Shown: positions 29,545 through 40,420 of the stretch, in pieces
Numbering within the stretch: the first letter of the stretch is position 1
Layout of the letters: each line of letters begins with the position of its first letter
Origin: an uncultured archaeon
GTDB taxonomy: Archaea > Asgardarchaeota > Lokiarchaeia > Sigyniarchaeales > SOKP01
Assembly (NCBI GenBank): GCA_964486045.1
Contig: CAZALK010000008.1
Location: 96,001-160,000 of the forward strand
Length of the DNA: 64,000 nt
Direction: 5' to 3'
Notes under the pieces: generated by a model
The model's input: the letters and a program-made list of their open reading frames with translations, nothing else
Told to the model about the DNA's origin: nothing
Database searches by the model: none
Translations under genes and position numbers: made by a program

Positions 29545-30972
29545 ATGATGTCAGCACCATTAGAAAAACTGTTAAGAGATGCAAGAATAGATTTAGTTTT
29601 ATCAAGAATTGAAAAGGATCCAACAGTTATTAATGAAGTAATTAAGAATTTAGATAGTGATATTAGATCTATTAAATTCAATTCCATTAATGTTTTAGGG
29701 GAATTAGGCCAACAATCAGCAGATGCGATCCCAAAAATAATGAGTTGCTTAGAAGATGAGGATTGGAGCATATGTCGGGAAGCAGCTCGATCCTTGGGTA
29801 AAATTGGTGATAGCGCGAAAGAAGCAATACCACAAATATCAAAAATGTTAGAAGATCCAGAAGAATCGATCCGAAAAGAGGCTGCGATTGCTCTTGGTAA
29901 AATTAGAAAATCTACACCCGAATCAATTTCTAGTTTAATTAAAGCAGTAGATGACGATAGTGATACTGTCAGAACTGAAGCAATAAAAGCACTTGGAGAG
30001 CTAGGGCCGGATGCGTATGAAGCCATTCCTTCTATAATGAATGGACTTAAAGATGTAAGTTGGACAGTTAGAACTGCCTCAGCTCAGTCAATTTCCTTGA
30101 TTGGTAAAGATTCTACTAAAGCTATTCCAAGTTTGATAAATGCAATTGACGATGCAGATTGGAGAGTGCGCAGTATGGTTATAAATGCCCTTGTAGAGGC
30201 AGGGGAATCGGCAATTCCACCGTTAGTTGAGATTTTAAAACTTAAAAATGATTTAGCAAGAAAAGAAGCACTAGATTGCTTAGGAGAATTGAAAATTACC
30301 GACCCTGAAATAATTGCAATTATTTCACAATTATTAAACACTAGCTCTGAACATGTTAGGGGAAAAGCAGCAGATGCTCTTAGAAGTATTGGTACCCCCG
30401 CTATTCCCGCTTTATTAAAGGAATATAAAAATGTTAAGTCTAAAATGAAAGTTGCTATCATTTCTAGCATTGGAGGGATTGGTAAAGAAGCTAAGGAAGC
30501 AACACCTACGATCATTAATATCTTAAATATTCCGGAACAAGAGAAAGAATATAGCGCCTCAGTTCCCAATAGGATAAAAAGAACATTATTAGCTTTTTTA
30601 AATGATCCGCTAGGAAAATCAGCCTCGATTAGAGCAGAAGCGGCACGAACGTTAGGTAAAATAGGAACTGATTCAGAAAATTCTGTAACTTCACTTGAAC
30701 TTGCTTTAAACGATCCAAAAAAAATTGTACGTCGTGAAGTCGCACTTTCTTTAGGTAAATTAGGCACAATAGCCAAAAGTGCAATCCCATCTCTGATAAT
30801 AGCATTGAAAGATGCAAATCCAGATGTGAGATGGAGATCCTCTGAAGCACTAGGAGTAATAGGAGTAAATACAGAAGAAGTTATTTCTAGTTTAGATACT
30901 CTTATACATGATAAATGTGATTATGTATGTGAATCTGCAATAACTGCACTTGATACTTTAATGGAAGAATAA
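29545..30972 (+). CDS. HEAT (PBS lyase-type) repeat protein
   Basis: Many repeats of the form D.D..VR..AA.ALG.IG..A..AIP.L. Confidence 0.92.
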   Translation: MMSAPLEKLLRDARIDLVLSRIEKDPTVINEVIKNLDSDIRSIKFNSINVLGELGQQSADAIPKIMSCLEDEDWSICREAARSLGKIGDSAKEAIPQISKMLEDPEESIRKEAAIALGKIRKSTPESISSLIKAVDDDSDTVRTEAIKALGELGPDAYEAIPSIMNGLKDVSWTVRTASAQSISLIGKDSTKAIPSLINAIDDADWRVRSMVINALVEAGESAIPPLVEILKLKNDLARKEALDCLGELKITDPEIIAIISQLLNTSSEHVRGKAADALRSIGTPAIPALLKEYKNVKSKMKVAIISSIGGIGKEAKEATPTIINILNIPEQEKEYSASVPNRIKRTLLAFLNDPLGKSASIRAEAARTLGKIGTDSENSVTSLELALNDPKKIVRREVALSLGKLGTIAKSAIPSLIIALKDANPDVRWRSSEALGVIGVNTEEVISSLDTLIHDKCDYVCESAITALDTLMEE

Positions 30973-31041
30973 CTTTAATTAAAATTAACTTTTTTTAAGA
31001 ATAACATATTATTTAAAATTGAATTAAAAATAAAGAGGTCT

Positions 31042-32745
31042 TTGAATAAAATGAGTGAAAATCCATATGCGGCAAAACCTTGGTTAGCGCATTATGATGA
31101 AGGTGTACCCCATGAAATCGAGTTTCCAGAGATGAATGTCTATGAATTTCTCGATAACTCCACAAAGGAATTTGGTGGTAGAACTGCGATTTGGTTTATG
31201 AAAAATAAAATTTCCTATAAGAAATTTAAGGATATTACTGAAAGGTTAGCTACTGTACTTGTAAATTTAGGAGTGAAAAAGGGTGACGTTGTTGCTCTAA
31301 TGTTACCCAATATGCCTCAATTCATGTTTAGTTTTTATGCTATCCAAAAAGCAGGAGGAATTGTCACAGCCTGCAGCGTGCTTCACACTGAGCACGAATT
31401 AGCTTACCAGTTAAATGATTCTGGTGCTGAGATTATCATTGCATGGGATGCTCAACTAGAGAAAATTAGTCTCATTAAAGATAGGACACGCCTCAGACAT
31501 GTAATAATTACAAACGTTTTTGATTATGCTCCGCTGGCAAATCCATTAGGCCAAAGTGAACCACCAGAAATAGCGGACACTAAACAACTTTTTAATCTAA
31601 TTAATAATACAAAACCTAATCCCCCTAAAATTGAGACATCTGCTAGTGATATAGCAGTTCTCCAATACACAGGAGGAACAACGGGTTTACCTAAAGGAGC
31701 AATGCTTACACACGGTAATTTAGTAGCAAATTGTTATCAGATGTATGAATGGACAAAAGGTGTAGCGGAAAGAGGGAAAGCTACAGCACTTACAACTCTA
31801 CCATTATTCCATATCTATGGAATGCAAATTTGCATGAATTTATTCATTTTTAACGGTTTTACCATCGCGTTACATCCTGATCCTCGAGACCAAAAGGGAT
31901 TGTTTGAAGTCATTAAAGCAACCCATCCTACTTTTTTTCCTGGGGTACCTACGATGTATATGCGTTTATTAGAACGTGATGATCTTGAAGACTATGCTAA
32001 AGACCTCAAATCCATTAAAGTCTGCAACACTGGTGCTGCTCCTATGCCCCCGGAGGTTCTTAAAGAGTTTGAAGAGAGAACAGGTGCTCGAGTAGTAGAA
32101 GGATATGGTATGACAGAAGCCTCACCTGCAACGCACGTTAATCCATACAAAGGGACAAGGAAAATTGGTTCGGTAGGCTTGGCAATACCTAACACTGAAT
32201 ACAAAATCGTTGATATTGATGATTACACAAAGATAGTACCTCAGGGTGAATCGGGGGAAATAATGATTAAAGGCCCACAGATCATGAAAGGCTATTGGAA
32301 CAAACCAGAAGAAACTGCATTTCAATTAAAAGGTGAATGGTTATTAACCGGTGATATTGGAAGAATGGATGATGATGGCTATTTATTTATTGTAGATCGT
32401 AAAAAAGATATGATAAATATCAGCGGGTTCAAAGTTTATCCAAGAGAAGTCGAAGATGTGCTATTTGAAAACGAAGCAGTTGAAAATGCTGCGGTAATAG
32501 GTATCCCTAATCCAGAAATAGCAGGTAATGAAATAGTAAAGGCGTTCATAGTATTAAAAGATGGATTTAAAGAATCTGAAGAGATGAAAAGTGAGATAAA
32601 GGAGTTTCTTAGAAAAAATGTGGCACCCTATAAAGTTCCAAAGTTGATAGATTTCAGGAAGGAACTCCCAGAGACACTTGTAGGTAAGGTTTTGAGAAAA
32701 GAGTTAAAAGACATTGAAGCTAGGAATAGAGGAGAAGAAGTTTAA
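31042..32745 (+). CDS. fadD: Long-chain fatty acid-CoA ligase
   Basis: YTGGTTGLPKG, EGYGMTE, TGDIG, DRKKDMI, LPETLVGKVL. Confidence 0.93.
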   Translation: MNKMSENPYAAKPWLAHYDEGVPHEIEFPEMNVYEFLDNSTKEFGGRTAIWFMKNKISYKKFKDITERLATVLVNLGVKKGDVVALMLPNMPQFMFSFYAIQKAGGIVTACSVLHTEHELAYQLNDSGAEIIIAWDAQLEKISLIKDRTRLRHVIITNVFDYAPLANPLGQSEPPEIADTKQLFNLINNTKPNPPKIETSASDIAVLQYTGGTTGLPKGAMLTHGNLVANCYQMYEWTKGVAERGKATALTTLPLFHIYGMQICMNLFIFNGFTIALHPDPRDQKGLFEVIKATHPTFFPGVPTMYMRLLERDDLEDYAKDLKSIKVCNTGAAPMPPEVLKEFEERTGARVVEGYGMTEASPATHVNPYKGTRKIGSVGLAIPNTEYKIVDIDDYTKIVPQGESGEIMIKGPQIMKGYWNKPEETAFQLKGEWLLTGDIGRMDDDGYLFIVDRKKDMINISGFKVYPREVEDVLFENEAVENAAVIGIPNPEIAGNEIVKAFIVLKDGFKESEEMKSEIKEFLRKNVAPYKVPKLIDFRKELPETLVGKVLRKELKDIEARNRGEEV

Positions 32746-32879
32746 GTGTTACTTATCTTTTTATAACAAATTCTTTTTAATTTATATTTCAAAAATACTT
32801 GTTCTTACTTACTATAAAGTTCCTTTAACGTTTTGAATATTAGCTAACTTTATTTCTTTCATACAATTTAAATAATATT

Positions 32880-35474
32880 ATGTTTATTTTTTTAGAGAAT
32901 TTAGTTAAAACCGAAGGGACAAATGAAGAAATATTCTTAATCCCCCAACCTCGGTATATTAAAGCTATTAATTCTCTTAAAATGAAAATTAATGAAAAGA
33001 CAAGAGTAAGTACTGATTTAGGAGAAGGAGATCATTTTATTATTGAACGTCTGCAAGACACATTATTTGGTTTTAGTTTAAAAGAAAGATTAAATGTTGA
33101 TAGGGTTCAAAACCTAGATAAAAATCCTGAAGTAACAACCTTTTTAAACAAAAATATTACTCTTTTTCCAGAACCATTATATAATGTAATAACAGAAAAA
33201 AAGAATTATAAGGATCAAGGTTATCTATTGATTTCTAGGGATTCTAAATTGCTTATTGATGCAAATTCCATACTAGGTGTTTATTATGGTGTTCAGACTC
33301 TTATTCAGTTATTGAATTCAAGTCAAGAAAAGCTTTCGATAAATGAATTAATCATATTAGATTTTCCTGCTTTAGAAATTCGTGGTGTTTCTGATGATGT
33401 TTCAAGAGGTCAAGCACCTACTATTGAAAATTTGAAGAAATTCATCAAAACTTTAAGCCATTATAAGATTAATCAATATTATTTAGTGTATATGCAAGAT
33501 ATGATAATGTATGATAATTATCCTGATATTGGAAACAACAGGGGTGCCTATTCAAAAGAAGAATTAAATGAATTAATTAAATTTGCTGAAAAACATTTTG
33601 TCGAAATAATTCCAATTTTTCAAACAATAGGGCACTGGGATAATATTTTGCATAATCCTAATTACTGGAAATATGGAGAATTTCCTGGTTCAAATAGTTT
33701 AAATATTGCTAATGATGAAATCTATAAAATTTTAGATGATTTAATAAGTGAATTTCGAGAAATTTTTCCTTCTGATTATTTCCATATTGGTGCTGACGAG
33801 AGTTGGGATGTTGGAAAAGGTAGCTCAAAACAATATGTGAATGAAATTGGTCTTGGGAATGCCTATCTTACACATTATAAAAAAGTATATAATATAGCAA
33901 AGAAGCATGGGTATTCTAAAATTGTAATTTATCATGATATTCTCTATAAATTCAGAGAAGTTTTGGAAGGTTTAGCTAAAGACATTACAGTGATGTATTG
34001 GAACTATACTACGAAAACTAAAAATCCAATATTAGATAAGATTAAGAAGTTTGATTTTCCAATTATTGTCAGCCCTTCAATTATGGATTTTAATCGAATA
34101 TTTCCCTCTATTAAGAAATATGAACAAAATATAATGAATTTAACTAAATATGGGTTTAATAATGGAGTAATTGGTGAGGTTACGTCAAGTTGGGGTGATT
34201 ATAGGAATAAAGAATTAAGAGAGAATAGGATTTATGGGTTTATATTTTCAGCCTTAGTTGGATGGGATCCTATTAAAGAGATCAATTTATTAAAATTCTG
34301 GAAAGGATTATTCATCCATTTTTTCGGCATAACCGATCGACGGTTAATAGAGATATTTAGCAAGTATCGTTTAATTCAAGATAAGAATTTATTACATACT
34401 CGACCTTCGGCTTATTACAATCATTTTTTTGCTCAACCCTTTAATAAAATGACCTCGAGATACAGAAAAAATTTAAAAACTAAGGGATTTGATAATATAA
34501 TTTCCGACATGGACGAAATGATTAAAAAATGTGAAGAATTGGAGAAAATTGTCGTGAAAAATACGATTAATATTAGAAATCTTGCTTTTATAGCTAAACA
34601 TATTAGATTTTATTGCAGGAAAAGAATTAACTCAAAAAAAAATGTTGATATAAACATAAATAAAATTAAAAAAGATCAAAAAGATCGAATAATTCAAGAA
34701 CTCGTAGATTTGAAAGGAGAACTTACTGATCTATTAGAGGAGTATGAGGATTTATGGTTAAAGAGCTCTAAGAAAGAGGGATTTAAATCAATAAAGCAAA
34801 AATATCTATTTCTAAATAGATTTTATGATGATAAAATAGATGAAATAAGGGCAAACCGTAAATGGAAGGATCCAAATATTCCAAGTGAACTAATTTATTT
34901 AGATTCCAGTAATATCCATAGCAATTATTCAACATTCTATAAAAAGCTCATTCACGTTGATGAAGAGATAGATCAAGCATACTTACAAGTAATAGCTGGT
35001 ACATTTGCTAAAGTTTATGTAAATAATCAATATCTAGGGCATGTTATTACAAGGAGAACACTAAATTGGGTTGGTATTGAAAATAATATTCAAATTTTTA
35101 ACGTAAAAGAATACATTCAAAAAGGTGAGAATTCGTTAGAAATTGAAAATATTGATTATATTGGAGGGGTAGGTCCTATTAATGTATATGGAATTATCAA
35201 ACTAAGATCAGGGAAGTTAATTCAGATTAAAACAGATAAAACTTGGTTAGGTTCAAATAAAAAAAAAGATGATTGGAAAAAAGTTAGAAGTTTTGGAAAA
35301 CCGCCTAAAGCTACTGGTGGCTTAAATTACCCCGATTTTGAGAATAATATCCCATCGAAAGCCGATGATTCCATGCCATTTTTAAACACACTAATTAGTA
35401 AGATGTCTAAAAAGTATTTTTGGTTTGTGAAACTAATTGTTAAACTCTTTAATCGATATGATATTATTGAATGA
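32880..35474 (+). CDS. Glycoside hydrolase family 20 (beta-N-acetylhexosaminidase) with C-terminal beta-sandwich domain
   Basis: [27 protein letters not shown], catalytic HIGADE; no signal peptide seen. Confidence 0.9.
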   Translation: MFIFLENLVKTEGTNEEIFLIPQPRYIKAINSLKMKINEKTRVSTDLGEGDHFIIERLQDTLFGFSLKERLNVDRVQNLDKNPEVTTFLNKNITLFPEPLYNVITEKKNYKDQGYLLISRDSKLLIDANSILGVYYGVQTLIQLLNSSQEKLSINELIILDFPALEIRGVSDDVSRGQAPTIENLKKFIKTLSHYKINQYYLVYMQDMIMYDNYPDIGNNRGAYSKEELNELIKFAEKHFVEIIPIFQTIGHWDNILHNPNYWKYGEFPGSNSLNIANDEIYKILDDLISEFREIFPSDYFHIGADESWDVGKGSSKQYVNEIGLGNAYLTHYKKVYNIAKKHGYSKIVIYHDILYKFREVLEGLAKDITVMYWNYTTKTKNPILDKIKKFDFPIIVSPSIMDFNRIFPSIKKYEQNIMNLTKYGFNNGVIGEVTSSWGDYRNKELRENRIYGFIFSALVGWDPIKEINLLKFWKGLFIHFFGITDRRLIEIFSKYRLIQDKNLLHTRPSAYYNHFFAQPFNKMTSRYRKNLKTKGFDNIISDMDEMIKKCEELEKIVVKNTINIRNLAFIAKHIRFYCRKRINSKKNVDININKIKKDQKDRIIQELVDLKGELTDLLEEYEDLWLKSSKKEGFKSIKQKYLFLNRFYDDKIDEIRANRKWKDPNIPSELIYLDSSNIHSNYSTFYKKLIHVDEEIDQAYLQVIAGTFAKVYVNNQYLGHVITRRTLNWVGIENNIQIFNVKEYIQKGENSLEIENIDYIGGVGPINVYGIIKLRSGKLIQIKTDKTWLGSNKKKDDWKKVRSFGKPPKATGGLNYPDFENNIPSKADDSMPFLNTLISKMSKKYFWFVKLIVKLFNRYDIIE

Positions 35475-35552
35475 ATGAGTTTTTAAAATCATATTCAAAC
35501 AAATTAGAAATTCTAAAATCATTGAAAACTTAACAGTAAAAAAAAATGTGAT

Positions 35553-35720
35553 TCAGTTCAAATTTTTTTCTTTCCAACTTGAAAGAAATTCTTTAAAATT
35601 ACCTTTAGGGATCCCTATGGTATTGAAAGATTTGCTATCATTTAGCTTATCCTCATTGGAAGGAGTATCTTTTCTTTTAAATGATAGTTCCCAATCATAA
35701 TAAGAAATTGCTTTAGACAT
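35553..35720 (-). CDS. Small hypothetical protein (55 aa)
   Basis: MSKAISYYDWELSFKRK...GIPKGNFKEFLSSWKEKNLN*; below the ORF-track length cutoff. Confidence 0.35.
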   Translation of the reverse strand: MSKAISYYDWELSFKRKDTPSNEDKLNDSKSFNTIGIPKGNFKEFLSSWKEKNLN

Positions 35721-36044
35721 AATTTAATATTTGAATTTTATTAAGTTAAATCAACACAGACTACAAGTTTTCTAATGACTGGAAAAATAATACAAATTTG
35801 TCTATTTAGATTTATGGCTTATAATCCATAATACGTACCGAAAGAACATAATGATAAAAACTACAAAGGTTTTTTAGGATTAAGTTCAATATTTCTCTTC
35901 GACGGAGGTATCCGACAAAAATATTTGACTATAAATTTTTAAAAAAAGAGGAGTCATTAATTTAAAACAATAAATTCACAATGTTATGAAATCTTCACCA
36001 CATTTTTTAACCATTTTTATTAATAGGCAAAAATTATACTATTC

Positions 36045-37145
36045 ATGACTGAAGATGTACATCGGGAATTACAGAAACATCTGGATAAGATGCCAATTGG
36101 GTATCCTCCAACCGAATCTGGTGTTGAAATTAGGGTTTTGAAGCACCTTTTTACTCCAGAAGAAGCTCAACTTGCATTGAAATTAAATTTCCAAGTAGAA
36201 CCATTAATTCAAATCTATAAAAAAGTAGAAAGTGATGGAACATCAATAGAAGGACTTGAACAGATGTTAGATGACATGTATTTTAAGGGATTGATCAATC
36301 GCTGGAAACAAAAATTTGATGATGGTGAAGTCAAGCATTATAGTAATGCCTTTTTAGTTGTTGGGATGTTTGAATACCAGTTGGGGAAATTAACTAAAGA
36401 ATTCGTAGAAGATTTTCACGAATATTTGGAAGAAGCATTTTTTGAAGATAGTATGGCAGCTGGAATCCCACAATTACGGACCATTCCAATAGGGCAAACC
36501 ATCGAACACGAACAGGGAATTGCTTCGTATGATGATTTAAGATCTATTGTGAAAAATGCGGGGGGTCCATTTGCTGTGCAGGAATGTATTTGTCGTCAAG
36601 GTCAAGAAGTCCTTGGTAATCCTTGCCAAAAAACAAAGTTAGTTGACTCATGTTTACTTTTTCGAACGAATGCTAAAATAGCTATTGAAAAAGGGCACGC
36701 AAAGGAAATTTCGGAACAAGAATTACTAAAAGTTCTAGAAGACGGTGAAAAAAATGGATTAGTTCTTCAACCGGGTAATTCTCAGAGACCGGGTAACATA
36801 TGTATGTGTTGCGGATGTTGTTGTGAAATACTTACCAACACAAAAAGATTTCAGGATCCTGCGCGATTGTTTGCTACGAACTTTATTGCCGTCGTTGATG
36901 AAGATGTATGTTCTGGTTGTGGGACCTGCGAAACTCGTTGCAACATGGAAGCGGTACAAGTTGGTGATGATATTGCCGAAGTTGACATAAACAGATGCAT
37001 AGGTTGTGGGGTATGCGTTCCGACCTGCACGACAGAAGCAATGAGCCTTCAGAAAAAAGACAAAGAAACTATTCCACCTATAAATACTGTCGCGACGTAC
37101 ACAGCCATAATGATGAAAAGAGCAGAGTTATCAAAAGAGAAATAA
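36045..37145 (+). CDS. 4Fe-4S dicluster protein (paralogue of 7344-8441)
   Basis: CICR, CMCCGCCC, CSGCGTCETRC, CIGCGVCVPTC. Confidence 0.9.
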   Translation: MTEDVHRELQKHLDKMPIGYPPTESGVEIRVLKHLFTPEEAQLALKLNFQVEPLIQIYKKVESDGTSIEGLEQMLDDMYFKGLINRWKQKFDDGEVKHYSNAFLVVGMFEYQLGKLTKEFVEDFHEYLEEAFFEDSMAAGIPQLRTIPIGQTIEHEQGIASYDDLRSIVKNAGGPFAVQECICRQGQEVLGNPCQKTKLVDSCLLFRTNAKIAIEKGHAKEISEQELLKVLEDGEKNGLVLQPGNSQRPGNICMCCGCCCEILTNTKRFQDPARLFATNFIAVVDEDVCSGCGTCETRCNMEAVQVGDDIAEVDINRCIGCGVCVPTCTTEAMSLQKKDKETIPPINTVATYTAIMMKRAELSKEK

Positions 37146-37356
37146 AAAAAGGATATTGTTTATAGGAAAAAATGGAAAACAGATCAAATAGCATTAGAAC
37201 CTTAAATAAGGTAAGTTTCTTTAGTGATGGCCTTTAAAAGGTTCATCTGATTGTTTATAATTTTATATCTTTATAAACATAAGAAAAATGTAAAATTCTA
37301 GATAAATTCTCCATTTGTAGATTCTCCACAAATTATTTTTAAGATTTCAGATAATC

Positions 37357-37764
37357 TTATGGTTCCTTATAGTCCAATTGCCCAAACTCTAACATATGCC
37401 CAAGAATGTCTGTTGTATCGTAATAAACAAATTTATTTGATCCAATTTTACTTAAAATAACTTGTTTGAATCCCATCAAATCCCATTCTTTTATTTTTTC
37501 ATCCACATCTTCAACTTGAAATCCGATATGATGAAGACCACTATTACCTTCTTCTAAAAACGTATAAAATATAGATTCGGTATCTTGAGGTTCAATCAAG
37601 TCTATTCGTAAATTTGATTGTTTTCCGATCATAAATCTTGCTCCTTTAACTACAACATAATCAAACCGCATAGCTTTGTCTATTCCAAAAATTTTTTTGA
37701 AATTTTTAAGTGCTTCTTCAACATCTTTAAATACATACCCGATATGATCAATCTCACCAAACAC
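37357..37764 (-). CDS. VOC family protein (paralogue of 11904-12374)
   Basis: IDHIG, LIEP, GLHHIGF, FVYYDT...LEF; GTG start with GGAGTG RBS. Confidence 0.85.
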   Translation of the reverse strand: MFGEIDHIGYVFKDVEEALKNFKKIFGIDKAMRFDYVVVKGARFMIGKQSNLRIDLIEPQDTESIFYTFLEEGNSGLHHIGFQVEDVDEKIKEWDLMGFKQVILSKIGSNKFVYYDTTDILGHMLEFGQLDYKEP

Positions 37765-37903
37765 TGATTAAACTCACTCCTTACACTTTAATTATTTAAA
37801 AACAATATTATAACTAATTCCAACTCTAGTTTTGAAAATTATCTTTTCTTGAATTTCCAGTCCACTTTTTTTTCAGGATAATATTGACAATTTATAAGAA
37901 AAT

Positions 37904-39115
37904 CTAAAACCAGAAGTCCACCGCTTTTTCTGATCCATCTCCAATTTCCCTATTAAATCCTTTATAAATATCCTTTTGAATAATATGCTTCATGATCTCA
38001 TCAGTACCTCCACCTATTCGGTGGAGCCTTATATCTCGCAATAAACGTTCCACAGGATATTTGTTTGTGTATCCAATGCCACCCATAATCTGTAATGCAT
38101 CATCACAAATCTTGTGGGTACTTGTAACAATAAACAGTTTGCATGCTGCAGCAACTGCGGGGATATGCGCTTTTGTAGCGGATTTTTCATATAAAGCTTT
38201 TCCTGCTTGGTAGTTTGCAATCATTTCAGCAACTTTAAAACTTATTCCCTCAAATTCACTTATAGGTTTTCTAAACTGAACTCTTTCCTGAGAATATTTT
38301 ATTACGATTTCAATTGCTCGTTTAGCTACTGCCAAGGCTTGTAATGACATACCAACCCTTTCTGGACCAAGAAATTGTTGCATGCTTGAAATTGCAGATG
38401 TTCTCTTCTTCTGAGCTCCTTCGGTTGAGGATTTCAATTCTCTGTAAAACAGTTCGTTCTCTTTGGGAAGTTTTACATTGGTAAACTTCAGATGTCCCAA
38501 GTTAAGACCGTGAAGGCCCATTAACTTGTATTCTTCAAGCATTTCAAATCCTTCTCGATCGGATTCAACTATAAATGCCCCGTTTCGGGCATAGACAACC
38601 ATTATATCTGCTACACTACCGTTAGTTATAAACCTCTTTTCTCCATTAAGTATAAAATCACCATCTTTGTCCTTTTCATAAAGAGTTTTCATCCTTGAAA
38701 GATCAGATCCCGCATCAGGTTCGGTAAAACAAAAACATCCTTTTTTTTCGCCAGTTACTAAAGGTTTTTCATATTTTCCAAGAGTTTTCTCTTTTCTAAA
38801 GGTTCTTATCAAACTTGCAGGGTATGTACTTGAACCCCGAACCATATCATAAACTAAACTCTCATATGATAACGCCTCTGTTAATAACATTTCTTGAAGA
38901 TAAGAACCACCCCGACCCCCCATTTCTTTTGGATACCTTAATCCAAGTAATCCTCTTTTTCCTAATGGTTCCAAAACATCCCAAACATTAATTTTACCAT
39001 CCTCTAAATCTTGGGTTTTAGGGGCGACATCTGATGCAATTATTTCATCAATTTCGTTTTTAAACGCAACATCCTCTTCACTGAGGTGTTCAAGATCAAT
39101 AACAATTCTTTTCAT
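37904..39115 (-). CDS. Acyl-CoA dehydrogenase
   Basis: TEPDAGSDL, LNGEKRFITNG, RVQFRKPI, LQIMGGIGY, RIGGGTDEI. Confidence 0.95.
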   Translation of the reverse strand: MKRIVIDLEHLSEEDVAFKNEIDEIIASDVAPKTQDLEDGKINVWDVLEPLGKRGLLGLRYPKEMGGRGGSYLQEMLLTEALSYESLVYDMVRGSSTYPASLIRTFRKEKTLGKYEKPLVTGEKKGCFCFTEPDAGSDLSRMKTLYEKDKDGDFILNGEKRFITNGSVADIMVVYARNGAFIVESDREGFEMLEEYKLMGLHGLNLGHLKFTNVKLPKENELFYRELKSSTEGAQKKRTSAISSMQQFLGPERVGMSLQALAVAKRAIEIVIKYSQERVQFRKPISEFEGISFKVAEMIANYQAGKALYEKSATKAHIPAVAAACKLFIVTSTHKICDDALQIMGGIGYTNKYPVERLLRDIRLHRIGGGTDEIMKHIIQKDIYKGFNREIGDGSEKAVDFWF

Positions 39116-39501
39116 TTTTCATCAATACGCTTTAGCTTTAATACCAGATTGCTCAATTTTCAATAATAATTTGAATAAACCAAATTATATAATCTTTCTC
39201 ACAGTTAAAGAGGTAAGAAATTGAGGAGAAGAAGTTTAAAGTATATGTGTTTGTGGGTGAAGGTTGGTATTGAAGATAGTTAAAAAAAAAATTGGTTATC
39301 TCAAAATGTGTTCTCAAATATGCTCCATTAAAAAGGAAATATTTTTTTTAATAATTGAATATACGTGTTTTGGTCGACTTACGTTATTATTTAGGAAGAA
39401 AAGATATCGAACACATCAACTTATATTAGAAATTTAATTAAACAGTATAATTAACGAAAATTTTTTCATTTGACAATTTAACAGATAATCAATAACTATA
39501 C

Positions 39502-40377
39502 TTGGTGAGTGTAATAGAATTAGGAATAAGTTCAATGGGGCACATTTTCGATTGTATTCGCTCCAATGAATTTAATAATTTAATAGATATATTATTAGAA
39601 TCTATAAAAGCTAGTCTTGAATATGCAGAACAAAAAAATCTAAGTGTTTGTGAGTTAATGCTAGAACCACCAGAAATCTTTTCGAGTGAAAATCAACAGA
39701 AAATTATTGATATCTGCAACTCGTATTCAATTAAAAAGCAAATTCATGCCCCTTTCATAGATCTTAAAATGTGTTCCTATAATCAACGTATATCTAAAGC
39801 GAGTATGGAATCTTGTGTTGAAGCAGCAAAAATTTGTGACCAGATCGATTCAGAAATATTAGTTATACACCCCGGTACCGTATTTGGGGGAAAATTTTTT
39901 AGAATGATAAGTAATGAAAAGTTAATCGAGAGGGTGAAGGATCTATTAAATGTAGTTACTCAAATGTACCCAAATCTTAAAATTTGCATTGAAAACATGC
40001 CTAAAAGAACAAATTATTTTATATCTGTGGAAGAGATTGAAATATTCTTGAATGATTTAAATAGAGAGAATATATTTTTAATATGGGATACGAGCCATTC
40101 GTGGACTTGCGACGTAAATCTTGAAGACTTTTGGGAAAAATTCCACAAGATCATAAAAAATATTCATCTTGCAGACAATGACAATAAAGAGAGCGATATG
40201 CATCCCACCTTAGGGTCCGGTAAGGTAAATTTTCCTGAGATTTTTGATTTAATTAAGAAATATAATTACAAGAATTCACTAATTGTAGAAATTAGTTCTG
40301 CTCAAGACCTTTCAAATAGTCTTGAATACGTAAAAAAACTCTTACAGATAAAAAAAATTAAAATAAAGCTTAATTAA
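39502..40377 (+). CDS. Sugar phosphate isomerase/epimerase (xylose isomerase-like TIM barrel)
   Basis: IHAPFIDL, IHPG, CIENMP, DTSH, IHLADN...DMH..LGSG. Confidence 0.88.
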   Translation: MVSVIELGISSMGHIFDCIRSNEFNNLIDILLESIKASLEYAEQKNLSVCELMLEPPEIFSSENQQKIIDICNSYSIKKQIHAPFIDLKMCSYNQRISKASMESCVEAAKICDQIDSEILVIHPGTVFGGKFFRMISNEKLIERVKDLLNVVTQMYPNLKICIENMPKRTNYFISVEEIEIFLNDLNRENIFLIWDTSHSWTCDVNLEDFWEKFHKIIKNIHLADNDNKESDMHPTLGSGKVNFPEIFDLIKKYNYKNSLIVEISSAQDLSNSLEYVKKLLQIKKIKIKLN

Positions 40378-40420
40378 TCGTTGAGTTAATTTTTAATAAT
40401 ATTAGAATATGTGAATTATT

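Noticed and set aside
29364-30776. Long antisense ORFs (220 and 230 aa) over the HEAT gene
   Set aside because: Shadow frames of a repetitive coding sequence; no motifs
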